NCBI GenBank assembly: GCA_951406725.2
Contig: OX597816.1
Span: 14,694,001-14,758,000 of the forward strand
Direction: 5' to 3'
DNA: 64,000 nt
Origin: Octopus vulgaris
Taxonomy: Eukaryota
The translations under genes were made by a program, and so were the position numbers. Within the stretch, counting starts at the first letter, position 1. Each line of letters starts with the position of its first letter. The notes under the pieces are model-generated. The model had not been told where the DNA came from and did not search any database. It worked only from the letters and a program-made list of their open reading frames with translations. This document shows, piece after piece, positions 12,975 through 26,873 of the stretch.

Positions 12975-13225
12975 AAAAAGAATGTTATTTGCTAAGTAGA
13001 CGTCTCTGTACTTATTATTCATCAGCGTAGTGAACGCCTTTGATAGAGTTCCAAGATGGTGGTTACTAAGAAAATTACGTGCGCTTGACTTGTTTGCAAG
13101 ACCTGTGCAAGTTATGTACAGGGTTGCTGTCAGCAAAATAAGGTAATAAGACACATTCAGTTTAGGGAAGAATTTAATATGGAGGCAGGAGCTTATCACA
13201 GCTCAGTTCTAACCCCTCCGTGCCT
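12975..13225 (+). mobile_element. Decayed RTE-clade reverse transcriptase fragment
   Basis: NAFDRVPR-WWLLRKLRALDLFARPVQVMYRVAVSKIR then EAGAYHSSVLTP, resembling RTE KAFDRVPR...GVHQGSVLSP. Confidence 0.7.
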
Positions 13226-14063
13226 GACAAAGAAGTTCATGACCAAATGATTGTGGGAACTTCTGTATTCTGATTAATTTTCATAGCAGAATTTGTTAAA
13301 GAATTGGAGGAGAAATTCTAATCCTAGAAGTGAAGTCTAGAATTGCGAGGCCCCAAAGTAAACACAGCAAAAACGTAATTTTAGTTTGCAGGAAAAATGT
13401 CACGTTTCTGCTACTATCCAGGACGTGGTTTTACTTAGAATAGTGGAATAAAATTTTGTAGGAATTCTGTACTGTGTACCGAATGTAAACTGTAGATGTT
13501 CATAAGTCGCGTTAACAAGAGTATTTATTCATAGACGAAAATAAATAAATATATTAACAGTTGATGTAAGGGACACAGTAAATCAGGACAAATTTTTTAT
13601 TGTTTTTCTGTTATAATGAAATTGTACAAATAGCAATAAATTTAATCTATATCATGATTAATAACAGTGCTTTGAAAAAGAATAAAACTCATATGACCAG
13701 AGATATTTTCATAATTATCTAAAAACGTCAATATCAACATTGTTTTAAAACATCTTTTACGAACTGAACATAAACTGGATCAACAAAAGAGTCAGGTTCC
13801 CGGGGTCTCTACACATTTTGAAAGATCTTAGTGAAGATATGTTGAAAAACTGTTCATTTTTTTTCAAGCACAGCATCAACAAACAATGCAAATAGCACTG
13901 AAACAAGGACATAGTTCTGTTTTACTCCATGGGTGACCTAGGCTCACGATATTATTTGCTACGAATATGTCTGGACACTCATTTATTTTGACCAGACATG
14001 TAAGCCACCTCTTCCCACACTGCCAAAAGCTGATATATATATATATATATATATATGGTGGGG

Positions 14064-14226
14064 GTGCACAGGAGTGGCTGCATACTAAGAAATTTGCTTC
14101 CCGACCAAATGGTCCTGGGTTCAGACACACTGCGTGGCACCTTTGGCAAGTGTCTTCTACTATGGCCACGGGCCGACCAAAGCCTTGTGAGTGGATTTGG
14201 TAGAGAGAAACTGAAAGAAACCCGAC

Positions 14227-14297
<71 letters not shown>

Positions 14298-14536
14298 TGT
14301 ATGTATGTATGTATGTATGTATGTATGTGTGTATGTATGTATTTGAGTCTGTGTTTGTCCCCCCAACCATCGCTTTACAACCGATATTGGCGTGTTTACA
14401 TCGCCGTAACTCAGCGGTTCGGAAAAATAAACCGATAGAAAAAGTACTAAGCTTACAAAGAATAAGTCCTGAGGTCGATTTGTTCGACTAAAGGCGGTGC
14501 TTCAGCATGGCCTCAGTCAAATAACTGAAGCAATTA
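14064..14536 (+). mobile_element. SINE family A, full length with central microsatellite
   Basis: tRNA-like head, (TA)n(TATG)n centre, family tail. Confidence 0.85.
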
Positions 14537-15619
14537 AAAAAAAAATATATATATATATAGGCTAGTAGAGTTAAAGGTTAGAATAACCGTCTAAGGGATA
14601 AAAATATCCGTATTACTACCGGTATAATTACCTGTGTTAACCCTGGGTATACATATGCAAGCATATCATGCTCATAGGATACAAGCAATGACAAAGAAAA
14701 ATTTGAGTTACGGTATGTGCTTTATGAGAGTAAAACAACTACTAGTCATTCTCTTATCTCAACAATTCTCTTCTCTTATTTTCTGCTTAACCATCGTGTA
14801 CTACTAACCATTCATCTAAACTAACCATCCAGAATAACTGTATGTGACACGTTTAACATCGCTAATCATCTTTCTTACCTCCACACCATTAATCACTCCT
14901 CAATTTTCCTGACAGTAAGGCTGAGCAAACACTTCCACCCTTTATCATACCACTTCACCCTTATAATCATCACTTCCTCCCCACTTATATAAGTACATAT
15001 CATCTATATATCTTCTGATTTAAGTTAGATCTCTAACCCTCTCAGATCTGGGGATCTGTGTCTTCTAGTTTTACCTAACACTTAAGTTCATGAACAAAAA
15101 TATAAATACTTGTATATACAGCTCAAGAGTAATGATTGCAAGCAAATTAAGGAACAGAACCAACTGCATCTTCTTTTTCTACGTGTGATGTTCATTACTC
15201 CTATTCCGTGAATCAGGCAGAGCTGTCGCTTAATCTACCCCACCCGCTAAAGCGGGAACGCGGCGTCACAGGGTTAATTTATCAGCCCCTGTTTTTATAT
15301 CTTCATTTCTCCACTGTGACTAACCATTATCCTTCTGAAAATGGAATAGGTTGCCAGTAAATTTCGGCAGGGCAGTCAGCATGTAAGCGTATCTGCACCA
15401 GTTACACAACCATACTGGAAACAGCTGTAAAGGACTACCTGCACACCTGTTTTCTTTCACTGCTAAATTTTTACTTATAACAGCCTTGATCTGCTTACCA
15501 AACTATGTCTTATCACCATTATGGAGTTCACTTCTACCATCTCCTGGAGTTTACCTATCTACATCTGAACTATTACGAACTTTTCACATTTTGGACTATT
15601 CCTGATTTCCAGCTATATA

Positions 15620-15653
<34 letters not shown>

Positions 15654-15661
15654 TGCGGTAT

Positions 15662-15987
15662 GTGAAGGCGTGTGGCTTAGTGGTTAGGGGCATTCGACTC
15701 ATAATCGTAAAGTCGTGAGTTCAATTCCCGGCGGAGCGTTGTGTCCTTGAGCAAGACACTTTATTTCACGTTGCTCCAGTCCACTCAGCTGGCAAAAATG
15801 AGCAGTACTGTATTTCAAAGAGCCGGCCTTGTAACACACTGTGTCGCGCTGAATCTCCCCGAGAACTACGTTAAGGGTACACGTGTTTGTGGAGTGATCA
15901 GCCACTTGCAGGTTAATTTCACGAGCAAGCTGTTCCGTTGATCTTATCTATTGGGACCCTCGTCATCGCAACCGACGGAGTGCTCCT
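15662..15987 (+). mobile_element. SINE family E (tail type 2)
   Basis: A box tggcttagtgg, B box gagttcaattccc; tail homologous to the 154-bp array unit at 41431. Confidence 0.8.
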
Positions 15988-16552
15988 TCTGTGTGTGTGG
16001 TATGAATTGGTTATACTTCTTCAATACACAAAAGATTTGAACAATTTCTATATCCAATCCAAATAATACTAAATTAGAAAAATGTAATATATATTTTTTT
16101 TTAAGATCAAATGCCTAGGTGGGGTACATCCGAGTAAAATAGGGATCAAATAGAGTCAACGGCAAGAAATGCTCTAGGGTGTTAAGTCTGGATTGTCAGA
16201 TGCTATAGGCTTGATGTTCATTAATAGGGCGTATCTCTAGTGGCAACAGTAAGATAGTTCATTCTTCCAGTTGATGGATACAGCAGGCTGAGTAAGAATA
16301 CAGAGACAGAGTTGGTAATTGCAAGTTCAGGGTGAGTAAGAATAAATCATTTATTATTATATATCATCAGATTCCTCCTGAACTTCCTCATAGCATGGCC
16401 ATTCATAGATTCAGTTTGCGTGTGTATACATATGTTTGCGCGTGCTTATATTGTATATACGTAAGTATATATAATCAATATACATATGTATACGTGTACA
16501 AATGTATATGTACATATATGTATATATATATATATACACACACTTTTATATA

Positions 16553-16773
16553 TACTCTTACTCTTTACTTTTTTACTTGTTTCAGTCATTTTACTGTGGC
16601 CATGCTGGAGCACCGCCTCTAGTCGAGCAAATCGACTCCAGGACTTATTCTTTGTAAGCCTAGTACTTATTCTATCGGTCTCTTTTGCCGAACCGCTAAG
16701 TTACGGGGACATAAACACACCAGCATCGGTTGTAAAACGATGTTGGGGGACAAACACAGACACACAAACATAT

Positions 16774-16810
<37 letters not shown>

Positions 16811-16935
16811 CATATATACGATGACTTCTTCCAGTTTCCGTCTACCAAATCTACTCACAAGGCTTTGGTCGGCCCAAGGCTATGGTAGAAAACACTTGCC
16901 CAAGGTGCCACGCAGTGGGACTGAACCCGGAACCA
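16553..16935 (-). mobile_element. SINE family A
   Basis: Reverse-complement match to family A body and tail. Confidence 0.85.
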
Positions 16936-17656
16936 TATATATATATATATATATATGTTTATTGAATGTGTATATTTATGTAGCAAGTTCCATGCCACCA
17001 AAATTTCTGGTAGCAATGTTGTTGTTCTCACTTGAAGGTGGATTGTGGTTGCAAGGAACTCGACTCAAAAAGTAAAACATCCAAATCCAATGAAACATAT
17101 ATGCTCCAACATGTACACACATACATCTGTATCTATGTGTGTGTCTGTCTGTGTGTCTGTATGTATATGACCAGCAATAGTCTATCACTAGTGTAGGCCA
17201 TAATATTGTTGATGTTTAAGGATAAACTTTGCTTTAAATTGATACGATTTACATGATGTTAATTAAGTATCTTAATTACATAATTATAGAATTGTGTTTA
17301 TTCCTAATGAAACAGATGTTGAAAATAAATTATGATCTATCTCTGAAATTTATGGTTTTCTAAATATACATTACTCTCAAGGATAATTTTTAGCCAATAA
17401 TGTACATGGAAGCTTTTCTCACAGGATTTTCTACAATATTATAACATGTTAGAAATTAACGACCTATTATTAAATGAACTCTTAATTATCATAGCTACTT
17501 TTTTGTTTAGTACATTCTCTCTTAAGAGTAAACTATCACAAATAATAATAAATATAGTTTTGATTCGACAATCCGTATAGGTTCCTTTAAGCAGTCTGTT
17601 TATAGTGAACTTGAGTGAACAAACTCAGAGCAAGCAATGAATATATACATACATTA

Positions 17657-18150
17657 TATATTTGAATAAGATAAGAAAATAGAGAGAGAATTAATAAATT
17701 ATTATTCCTTAATTTAAAAAATTGACAACATCTCTGACAGCTGTTTCAATTCTAGACCTTCAGAAAATTAATTAATAAAATTAAAAGTCATTTAAAAGTC
17801 GAATCTCGTCCGAGGTAGATAAAGATATACAAATTAAGTTTTCAATTCCTGCATGTTGAGTAAACGGCTGCAAACCATAAACTGATAACACCTAATTTTT
17901 ATATCTTTAGCTACATCTGATGAGATTCGACTCTTAAATGATTTTAAATTTTATTAATCAATTTCTGAAGATCTAGAATTGAAACAGCAGTCAGAGATAT
18001 TGTCAATTTTTTAGAGTAATAAATAACAATTTATTATCTTTCTATTTTCTGAAGATCTAGAATTGAAACAGCTGTCAGAGATATTGTCAATTTTTTAGAG
18101 TAATAAATAATAATTTATTATCTTTCTATTTTCTTATCTTATTTGAATAA
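17657..18150. mobile_element. Inverted-repeat Penelope-like remnant with hammerhead motif; 84-bp tandem duplication in the right arm
   Basis: 17657-17830 is the reverse complement of 17900-18150; CTGATGA GATTC...GAATT GAAAC AGCW GTC; duplication period 84 (17965/18049). Confidence 0.65.
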
Positions 18151-18667
18151 ATATATATATAAACCATGGTTTATATAGTTACCTTACAATTGAATATTAA
18201 TTGTAATGATCAACATTCTTCGAATAGGTAACTAACCAGTATTTTCATTAGATTTTACTATCCCTTAATGAAGTTTGTAACCTTTATTTGAACTTTTATA
18301 TATATATATAATGTCATAAATCTGTTTCTTTTTTGTAAAAAGATGAGGTCAGAAAATTGTTGCGCTGATGAAAGCGAGCCGGAAAAACGTCCACAACCTT
18401 GCCCTTGTGTCCAGATAATAAACCTGTCCTTTTCCTTACTGGAATGTCAATCTTGGGAGGATGCTTGAATCTTGGGATTATCGCCCCTTATGAAGCGGAT
18501 CTAGTCTTTACGGCCATCTGGTATTTTATGATATATCTACGAGATGCAGAGAATTTTAATAAATCAAAAATTTATGCTGTATAGTATTTGTTATACCTGT
18601 GTATGTGTACAGGTTCGAATATACCTCATGCATATTTGAATTGGTAACACATTTGTATTTATCCCCG

Positions 18668-19111
18668 CCCCAGCCCATCCAAAGTACCTTGGATCGCAGA
18701 ACGGCCTGCTGTGCTTACCTTGGATCGTAGGGCGGCCTGCTGTGCTTGAGGAGACCTATTGAGTCAAGTACATCAACATCAAAAAATCAAATGGAAATTG
18801 TTTGTGATACCTGTGCCGGTGGTACGTAAAAAGCACCATCCGAACGTGGCCGATGCCAGCGCCGCATTGACTGGCTTCCGTGCCGGTGGCACGTAAAAAG
18901 CGCCAACCGATCGAGGCCGATGCCAGCCTCCCCTGGCACCTGTGCCGGTGCCACGTAAAAAGCACCCACTACACTCACGGAGTGGCTGGCGTTAGGGAGC
19001 GCATCCAGCAGTAGAAACACTGCCAGATCAGACTGGAGCCTGGTGCAGCCTCCTGGCTTCCCAGACCCTGGTCGAACCGTCCAAGCAATGGACGTTAAAC
19101 GATGATGATGA
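18668..19111 (+). mobile_element. RTE LINE 3' UTR remnant
   Basis: Repeated gtgccggtggcacgtaaaaagcacc modules and (GAT)n tail; homologous to 46870-47413, which retains the ORF end. Confidence 0.75.
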
Positions 19112-19513
19112 CTGCATAATGCTGCTACCGGGTATTTTATTTACAGTGAGCCGCCAAGAAGCGCAACCAGTCATTGCATGACGACAGGAATATCGTGTCT
19201 TGTGTCAGTATACAGCGTCTGCCTTTCCGGTTTGATACCAAAGAGGATATAACCACTCTAAATGCATGCATTTCACGGTCTGGTCAGAGGGAGCTGCGAG
19301 TTGACTTGGTGTGTTAATTTTTTTTCTCCATGACAAAATACTGTGATTGACTCTTATGGGTTCGAATATGCTGAATTTAATTATCAAAATTATTAATTAG
19401 TTAACCCTTTAATATTCAAATAAGCCAGGTCACATTACGTTGAGAGACTATAATACTATATTTGGTATTGAAAGAATAGAGTGCCCCCTGTATTGTAGAT
19501 ACGTATTAACAAT

Positions 19514-19811
19514 GTTTGTTCCTTCTCGAGCCATGCCTGGCTCATAAGGGTCGGTTTCCCGGTTTCCTTGGCGTATAGGTTCCCCACCTGGATGGGACGC
19601 CGGTCCGTCGCAGGTGAGCTGCAAGATGCAGGAGGAAAGAGTGAGAGAAAGTTGTGGCGAAAGAGTCAGCAGTTTGCCATAACCTTCTGCCAGAGCCGCA
19701 TGGAGCTTAGGTGTTTCGCTCATAAACACACACATCGCCCGGTGTGAGATTCGAACCCATTTCCCTCGACCGCGAGTCCGCTGCTCTAACCACTAGGCCA
19801 TGTGCCTCAAC
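19514..19811 (-). mobile_element. SINE family D (tail type 2), full length
   Basis: TSD acgtattaRcaat at 19501-19513 and 19812-19824. Confidence 0.85.
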
Positions 19812-20182
19812 ACGTATTAGCAATAGTTCTTTTTAAAGGGCTTGTAGCCAAGTTTTGCTGGAATATGTTTGGGTTGACTGGTAATCCTTATCTTTTATCA
19901 TTCCCTTGATTGAGTCGTTAGGCTTCAATCATGCAGGGGCACTGCCTCAAAGGGGTTTAGCCGAACAGATCGACTCCAGTACATATTTCAAAGTCTGACA
20001 CTAATTCTACTAGACTCATTAGCTGAACCACTCAGTTACAGTAAAGATTGTCAAGCGATGGTGGGGACAAACACAGGCACTTTGGGTGAATTTCTTCTAC
20101 TACAGCCTTGGGTCGACCAAAGCCTTGTGAGTAAATTTGGTCGACAGGAAAAGAAGCCCATCAAATGAATATATATATATAT

Positions 20183-20445
20183 ATCACCGTGATCAACAAG
20201 GCTATCAGATGTTGCCACACATCGCTGGTCACAATGCAGTTCGCATTCTTTTAGCATTCAAATACGCCACCCCGCTGGCAAAGCGAGCAGACCAAGAGAA
20301 GAAGGAGAGAAAGTTGCGGCGAAAGAGTACAGCAGGGTTCGCCACCAACCCCTGCCAGAGCCTCGTGGAACTTTAGGTGTTTTTGATCAATAAACACTCA
20401 CAATGCCCGGTCTTGGAATCAAAACCGCTGCTATTGCGCCTCCAC
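20183..20445 (-). mobile_element. SINE family D (tail type 1)
   Basis: Reverse complement of 6732-7031. Confidence 0.75.
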
Positions 20446-20699
20446 TATATATATGTATGTGTGTGTGTGTGTGTGTGTTTGTATTTGTGCCTCCCCTCAC
20501 CACCACCACCACCACCACCATCGCTTGACAACCGTGTGCGTCTCCATAATTTAGTGGTACAGTAAAAAGATACCGATATGCTAAATATCAGACTTAAAAA
20601 TGTTTTTCTGGGCTTGTTTCATTCAACTAAAAAATTCTTCAAGGCAGTGCCCCAGCTTGGTCACAGTCTAACGAGGGAAACAAGATATATATATATATA

Positions 20700-20922
20700 T
20701 ACTCTTTTACTTGTTTCAGTCATTAGACTGTGGCCATGCTGGAGCACCGCCTTTAGTCGAGCAAATCGACCCCAGGACTTATTCTTTGGAAGCCTAGTAC
20801 TTATTCTATCGGTCTCTTTTGCCGAACTGCTAAGTTACGGGGACGTAAACACACCAGCATCGGTTCTCAAGCGATGTTGGGGGGACAAACACAGACACAA
20901 AAGCATATACACACACGTACAT

Positions 20923-20972
<50 letters not shown>

Positions 20973-21131
20973 CGACAGGCTTCTTTCAGTTTCCGTCTAC
21001 CAAATCCACTCACAAGACTTTGGTCGACCCGAGGCTATAGTAGAAGACACTTGCCCAAGGTGCCACACAGTGGGACTGAACCTGGAACCATGTGGTTGGT
21101 AAGCAAGCTACTTACCACACAGCCACTCCTA
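20700..21131 (-). mobile_element. SINE family A, full length
   Basis: Head, central (TA)n and tail all present. Confidence 0.85.
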
Positions 21132-22877
21132 TATATATATATATATGTGTGTGCGTGTGTGTATGTGTGTGTGTGTGTGTGTGTACACAACGAGCTTCCA
21201 CACAGTTTCTGTATACTATATTCACTAACAAGGCACTGGTCAAGTTTAGGCCCATAAAAGAAGACATTTGGTCAAGGTGCCATGGAGTAGAACTGAACCC
21301 AAAAACCATATGATTACAAAGCAAGCTTCTTAACCACATAACCACAACTGCACCAATAACAAGATTTGGAATGTGAATAACAAATAAATACAAAAAACGA
21401 TTTGAAATTTAAAATTATTTGTATTTGAAAAAACAAAAAAAATGTGGATGTGACAATGGATGAATAAATAAAATTACATAAATAGTGGGGTTTTTTTATA
21501 CATTTTGTTTTTGTTTTTAGAATTGGCACAACACAAAGACCCTGTATTTTAAGGAGGTGGAGGGAAATAGGGATTCCTGATATTCATGTTTTTCACAATG
21601 GGTTTAGCAACGTAAGTGAAATATAACGACTTCAACATGAATTTTGAAACAATGTCACGGTTTGGTGCTTTTTAGAGAATCTTGACTTTTGCTATGGACA
21701 AAAGTTTATGCAAATTTTGTTATTCTGTTGAAGAAGCATGCAAGAAAAACAAAGTGATTTTTTTTATTGAACTGGACAAAAATCTTCATTAATTAAGATC
21801 ACGTCTTTTTAAATTAATAACAATAATTAAACAAAGTCTCAAATTTCACTACATTTTTCAGTACAAGAATTGCATGATTATCAAATGACAAAAGTATTGG
21901 TGACAATGTTAAAAATAGATGATGATGATGATGATGATGATGAGGAGGAGGAGGAGGATGCTGATGAGAGTAGATGATAAAGATATTAGAAAAAGAATTA
22001 GATGATGATGATGATAAATGTAAGTCTATGTATTTTTTTGTTTTTTATTAGATGATGAAACATCTTGAATTGTTACTCTGAGTTTCTCATTGTAAATTAA
22101 TTAAATAAAATAATAATTGCTTGATTAATCAGTAACATGATACAGCAATTTATTCAAGAAGCTTCAGCCTTTAACAAAATTCACAAACTCTACTTTATGG
22201 ATTGAGTACTTTTCACTTTTGTCTTCACAAACATTCACCAATATATACCATAAAACAAATAAAAAAAAGCTAAACAACAACCAGTCTAAAATTTGATAAA
22301 GGTGAATCTTATAATTCGTTATGTTATAGGGGCAGTGCTGTAGGCTTCCTCTTCATGTAATGCTTTTAGAGCAGATCAAGCCATGTGGAAGTATTCCATT
22401 TCAAAGCTTTACTTATTCAGGGATTTAGGTAAACATTAATCAATTTTACAGTGCTCCTACTACTTATAGGCTCACTTGGTTGTTCAGAGAGGAAGAATTA
22501 CAGAACATGTCATGGAATCTTAATTGTTAATTCTTCATCTGTTAACATGGCATCCTTGACCTACTGACTAACCCAAGCAAAACTCTCAATATTTGGCACA
22601 ATGAGGGCACTGATTTGGTCATTTATCTATGAATAGAAGAAATACAGTGATGTGGCTATAACAGACACACCACAGGCAGTCATATGGCGATTAATATAGT
22701 ACTAGCAGGACCCAGGGAAATACCATGGTTATTTTTAAGAGTTATAAGATGGAATTGTATGTTTTTTAAGCTTTCAATTTTTGACACCGTTTCTTTAATA
22801 TTACATATGTGAACGTTTACACCATTTCAAGAATCCATAAACCATTGTTTATACTACATACCCCAACACCTGCTTTA

Positions 22878-23085
22878 GCCGTCCAAGAATTTGGACCTGG
22901 AGATCTCCATTTCCAGCGACTTCGAGAGCCACCTCCCAGTGGTGTCGGGTGTCAACAAAGAGCCCTCAACTACAAGACGACCAAAGTTTTTTTTTTTTCC
23001 AAGGTCTGGGGTCTCCCGCCCTTAAGCCCTAGACCATCACCTAATCACCCTTACCCGTCTTGTTGCTTAACAACAACAACAACAA
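22878..23085. repeat. Unclassified interspersed repeat (second copy 48990-49475, split by a SINE A fragment)
   Basis: Shared gccgtccaagaatttggacctggaga...ggtctggggtctc...gccctagaccatcacct...ttgttgcttaacaacaac. Confidence 0.75.
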
Positions 23086-23669
23086 CACCTGCTCTAAACA
23101 CATTCTATTTCTTTCTGTCTTTTCCTTCCACTGACTATATAACCACATAACATAACAATCCCTTTCTCCTTGCTCTCACCACTAACACTCTTCTTGCTCT
23201 CTTTTTCCAACTTTACTAAATCCCCACCGCACTAAACATTCTATTTCTCTCATTTTCCTTCCCACCAACTATTTAACTATATAACATAGTAGCAATCTCT
23301 TTCCAGTCACTAACACCTCCATTGAGTCATAGAACAGATACTCAAAATGCGTAGTCTAGTGCCTATGCTAGAAACCCCTAATATATTGCTCAGCCTCTCC
23401 CTGTTTCAATATTCTTAATAATGGAGGGTGGTGATCAGGCAGAAATGCTAGCATACCAGGTGAAATGCTTAGCAGTATTTCGTCTGTCTTTATATTCTGA
23501 GTTCAAATTCCACCGAGGTCGACTTTGCCTTTCATCCTTTCAGGGTCGATAAATTAAGTACCAGTTGCATATTGGGGTTGATCTAATCAACAGGCCCCCT
23601 CCTCAAAAATTTTGGGCTTTGTGCCTAGAGTAGAAAAGAATATTCTTAATAATGGACTGTTAACAACAA

Positions 23670-24040
23670 TCTTTTACTTGTTTCAGTCATTAGGCTGCGG
23701 CCATGCTGGGGCAACACCTTGAAGAAGTTTAGTCAAACAAATCAATCCCAGTACATATTTAATATTTTAAAGCCTGGTACTTACTTTCTAGGTCTCTTTT
23801 GGTGAACTGCTAAGTTACAGGGATGTAAACACACCAACACCAGTTGTCAAGAGGTGGTAGGGGACAAATATAGACACACACATATATTTATATATAAGGC
23901 ATCTTTCACTTTCCATCCATCAAATCCACTCACAAGGCTTTCGTCAGCCAGCCTGAGGGTATAGCAGAAGACACTGGCCCATGGTGGCATGCAGTGGGAC
24001 TGAACCTGGAACTATGTGGTTGGGAAGCAAACTTCTCACC
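23670..24040 (-). mobile_element. SINE family A, diverged
   Basis: Recognisable tail, body and head on the minus strand. Confidence 0.7.
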
Positions 24041-24283
24041 TTATAGAAATAGAGTGACACCTTAAAAATATACAACTGAGATAATGGGGGAGGGGGACAC
24101 AATCTCTCACTAAAATGTGTTTGCTCTACCAAAGGACATGAAGTGAGTGTATGTGAGTGTGTGTGTGTGCATGGGAGGTAGGTGTCTAAGGGGGAAGATA
24201 ATCAATAAAGATGTGCTGTGACGTTCATGCCTCTCCTAAGAGGGTTAAAAATAAAAGTGAAGTAAAATAACTTCTAAACATAT

Positions 24284-24500
24284 GTTTCTTTACTACCCAC
24301 AAGGGGCTAAACAAGGACAGACAAAAGGATTAAGCCGATTACATCGACCCCAGTGCGTAACTAGTACTAAATTTATCGACCCCAAAAGGATGAAAGGCAA
24401 AGTCGACCTCGGCAGAATTTGAACTCAGAACATCTAGGCAGATGAAATACGGCTACGCATTTTGTCCTGCGTGCTAACGTTTCTGCCAGCTCGCCGCCTT
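24284..24500 (-). mobile_element. SINE family B with 17-bp TSD
   Basis: TSD ataacttctaaacatat at 24267-24283 and 24502-24518. Confidence 0.85.
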
Positions 24501-26240
24501 CATAACTTCTAAACATATAATTAATGCAATATGGTAAACTGATTTCTTGGACAAGTTTCTCTATTTTTTTTTATTATACATATAAATATTTAAGATGCTT
24601 GTTTTATGAGATGATCAGTTATAAATGAATGACATTGTTTAGAGAAATGAAATTTTGCTTTCTTTTTTATAATTTTAACAACAACAGCAAAAAAAAAAAA
24701 AACAATTTTAAGACAAAAAAAAAAAGCAGGCAGTCAGGTGGAGAAATCGATTTTCATAATTCAAATTGTTTTGAAATAATATATAAAAAAATAATTTTAT
24801 CAAAATATTTCTTATATACATCAAATGATGATGTTTACGGTGTTGCTCAAAGGTCTTTTTTCCTGTTTTATTTACTTTTACTGTGACATGTAATTCCGAA
24901 ACAAAAATTTTAATTTCTCTCACTCAAACACACTAACACACACATATATATTTACAGACACAAACATAAATTTATCTATCTATCTATATATACACACACA
25001 TAAATCTATATATATATACACACACATACACATAAATATATATATATATATATATATGTATAAATATATACACACATTCACATAACTACTTATATGTATA
25101 TGTTATTTATGTATTGGTTTATGTCTATCACTGTTTGAGTTGTATAATAGTGGTTTTATCTCTAAATTATATTTTATATATTTATACTATGAAATTTGAT
25201 TTAATACTAAATTGAATTTTTCCCTGTAAGTTTGTAGTTATACTCCCTAATATTATTATTATTATACATACATATACACACACATGTATATACGTATGTA
25301 TAGGAGAAATTATGATAAACATAAGTTTATATCATTTGTTCCCTACGTATGTTTCAACATTGAACTTAGAACGTAATGGCAGACAAAATACGTCTACGCA
25401 TTTCACCCGGCGTGCTAATGTTTCTGCCAGCTCGCCGCCTTAATATATATATTTATATATATATACACACGCACACACATGCACATACCTACACGCTCCC
25501 CCACGTGTCTAAGGTGATTAAGGATTATCATAACCCTTCCTCACTCATCTGCCAGGATTAAGAGAGTCTGATATAGAGCTATTCTATGGCCCCGTGTATA
25601 TTTAGGGTCTTTTAGGGTTCACACATTGAACAGTAAAGACATTGCACAGTTTTAAAATTGTGAAATATGACAAAGACTTAGTGAATTATGGTTTTACAAT
25701 ATTTCACAACAATCAGATATATTTCCATAGCTAAAAAAAAATTATTATTATTTAATACAATAATAAAACAAATTATTATCATATATTTACACAGCTAAAA
25801 AAAATATTATATAATATGATGTATTTTTAGCTATAAATAAATTCTAATTTTCTATTTAGAAAATATAAATACTTGTGTGCCAGTTTTCGGGTGTACTGTA
25901 CTGATGGTACATAATTCACGTAAATGTAAATTTTTTTCAATTTTTACTTCGTTATTTAAAAACATGGTAAGCTCTCAGGTGAGACAAAGTGTTTGCTTTA
26001 CACTGAATTTTTCGAATTTAATTTGGCATCGGGTTGTCAGTTAAATTCATTTGTTTCTTTTCCTTTACCATTTTTTTAAAATCCTTTCCGATGTTATTTG
26101 AATTAACATGAAAAATATTTTTATCAGTATTACAGGGAGTTTTTTTGTAGCTCTTATTCTCTTTCCATAAATTTTGTTTGCTGTCTCAGAAATTGTCATA
26201 AATCTTCACCTCATTTTCCGACATGACAATGGAGTGCCAA

Positions 26241-26281
<41 letters not shown>

Positions 26282-26873
26282 CACAAACAAAAAAGTCAAC
26301 CCAATACAATGCTAAGTGCATTTCCGTACCCACAGTGTCATAGCGACACCAACGAGTTGTTGGTCAGTGGCGCATACCTCGGTATGTATTAGTAGAGATC
26401 GTTAGTTGCACTAGTGTCTGGTTCAGTAGTTTGGCTTCACTGGTATCATAAAATAAAAAAGCACAGATGGACACACAGACAACATCCTATATCTGACACT
26501 AGTTAGAGTACATAAATTACATACAACATGTAGCTTCAGTGCAACTTGCTTGTGCAATACTTTCAGTAAGATATGAACTCACAGCCCATGACTCAAGAGA
26601 CTGATCTCTCATCCACTCAGCCACGCTTCTTTCTTGAATTGTAATTCACATTTTCAACATAAATTAGTGTGCTTTATTGTTTGTTTGTTTTTTTGTATTT
26701 TCCCTTTTTTTTTACCAGACACCAAATAAATATGTTGCATCTGCTTGGTGAATGTCAATAAGACACTGTTAAAAAATGCTTCCAAAACAAGATGTTGTGG
26801 TTTCCCATGTTTTTTTCTTTTTTTACATAAAACAACAGGATTTCAGAATTGTATTAGAGAAAATGTAAGCCAT

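Larger units (their letters stand above)
11282..13681 (+). repeat. Local direct duplication (~330 bp): 11282-11738 (SINE-interrupted) and 13348-13681
   Basis: Shared blocks ttttagtttgcaggaaaaatgtcacgtttctgctactatccagga and aaattgtacaaatagcaataaatttaatctatatcatgattaataacagtgctttgaaaaaga. Confidence 0.85.

Noticed and set aside
18360-18397. TTGCG CTGATGA...AAAAC GTC CACAA hammerhead-like motif
   Set aside because: No convincing stem II; possibly a decayed PLE motif but unsupported.
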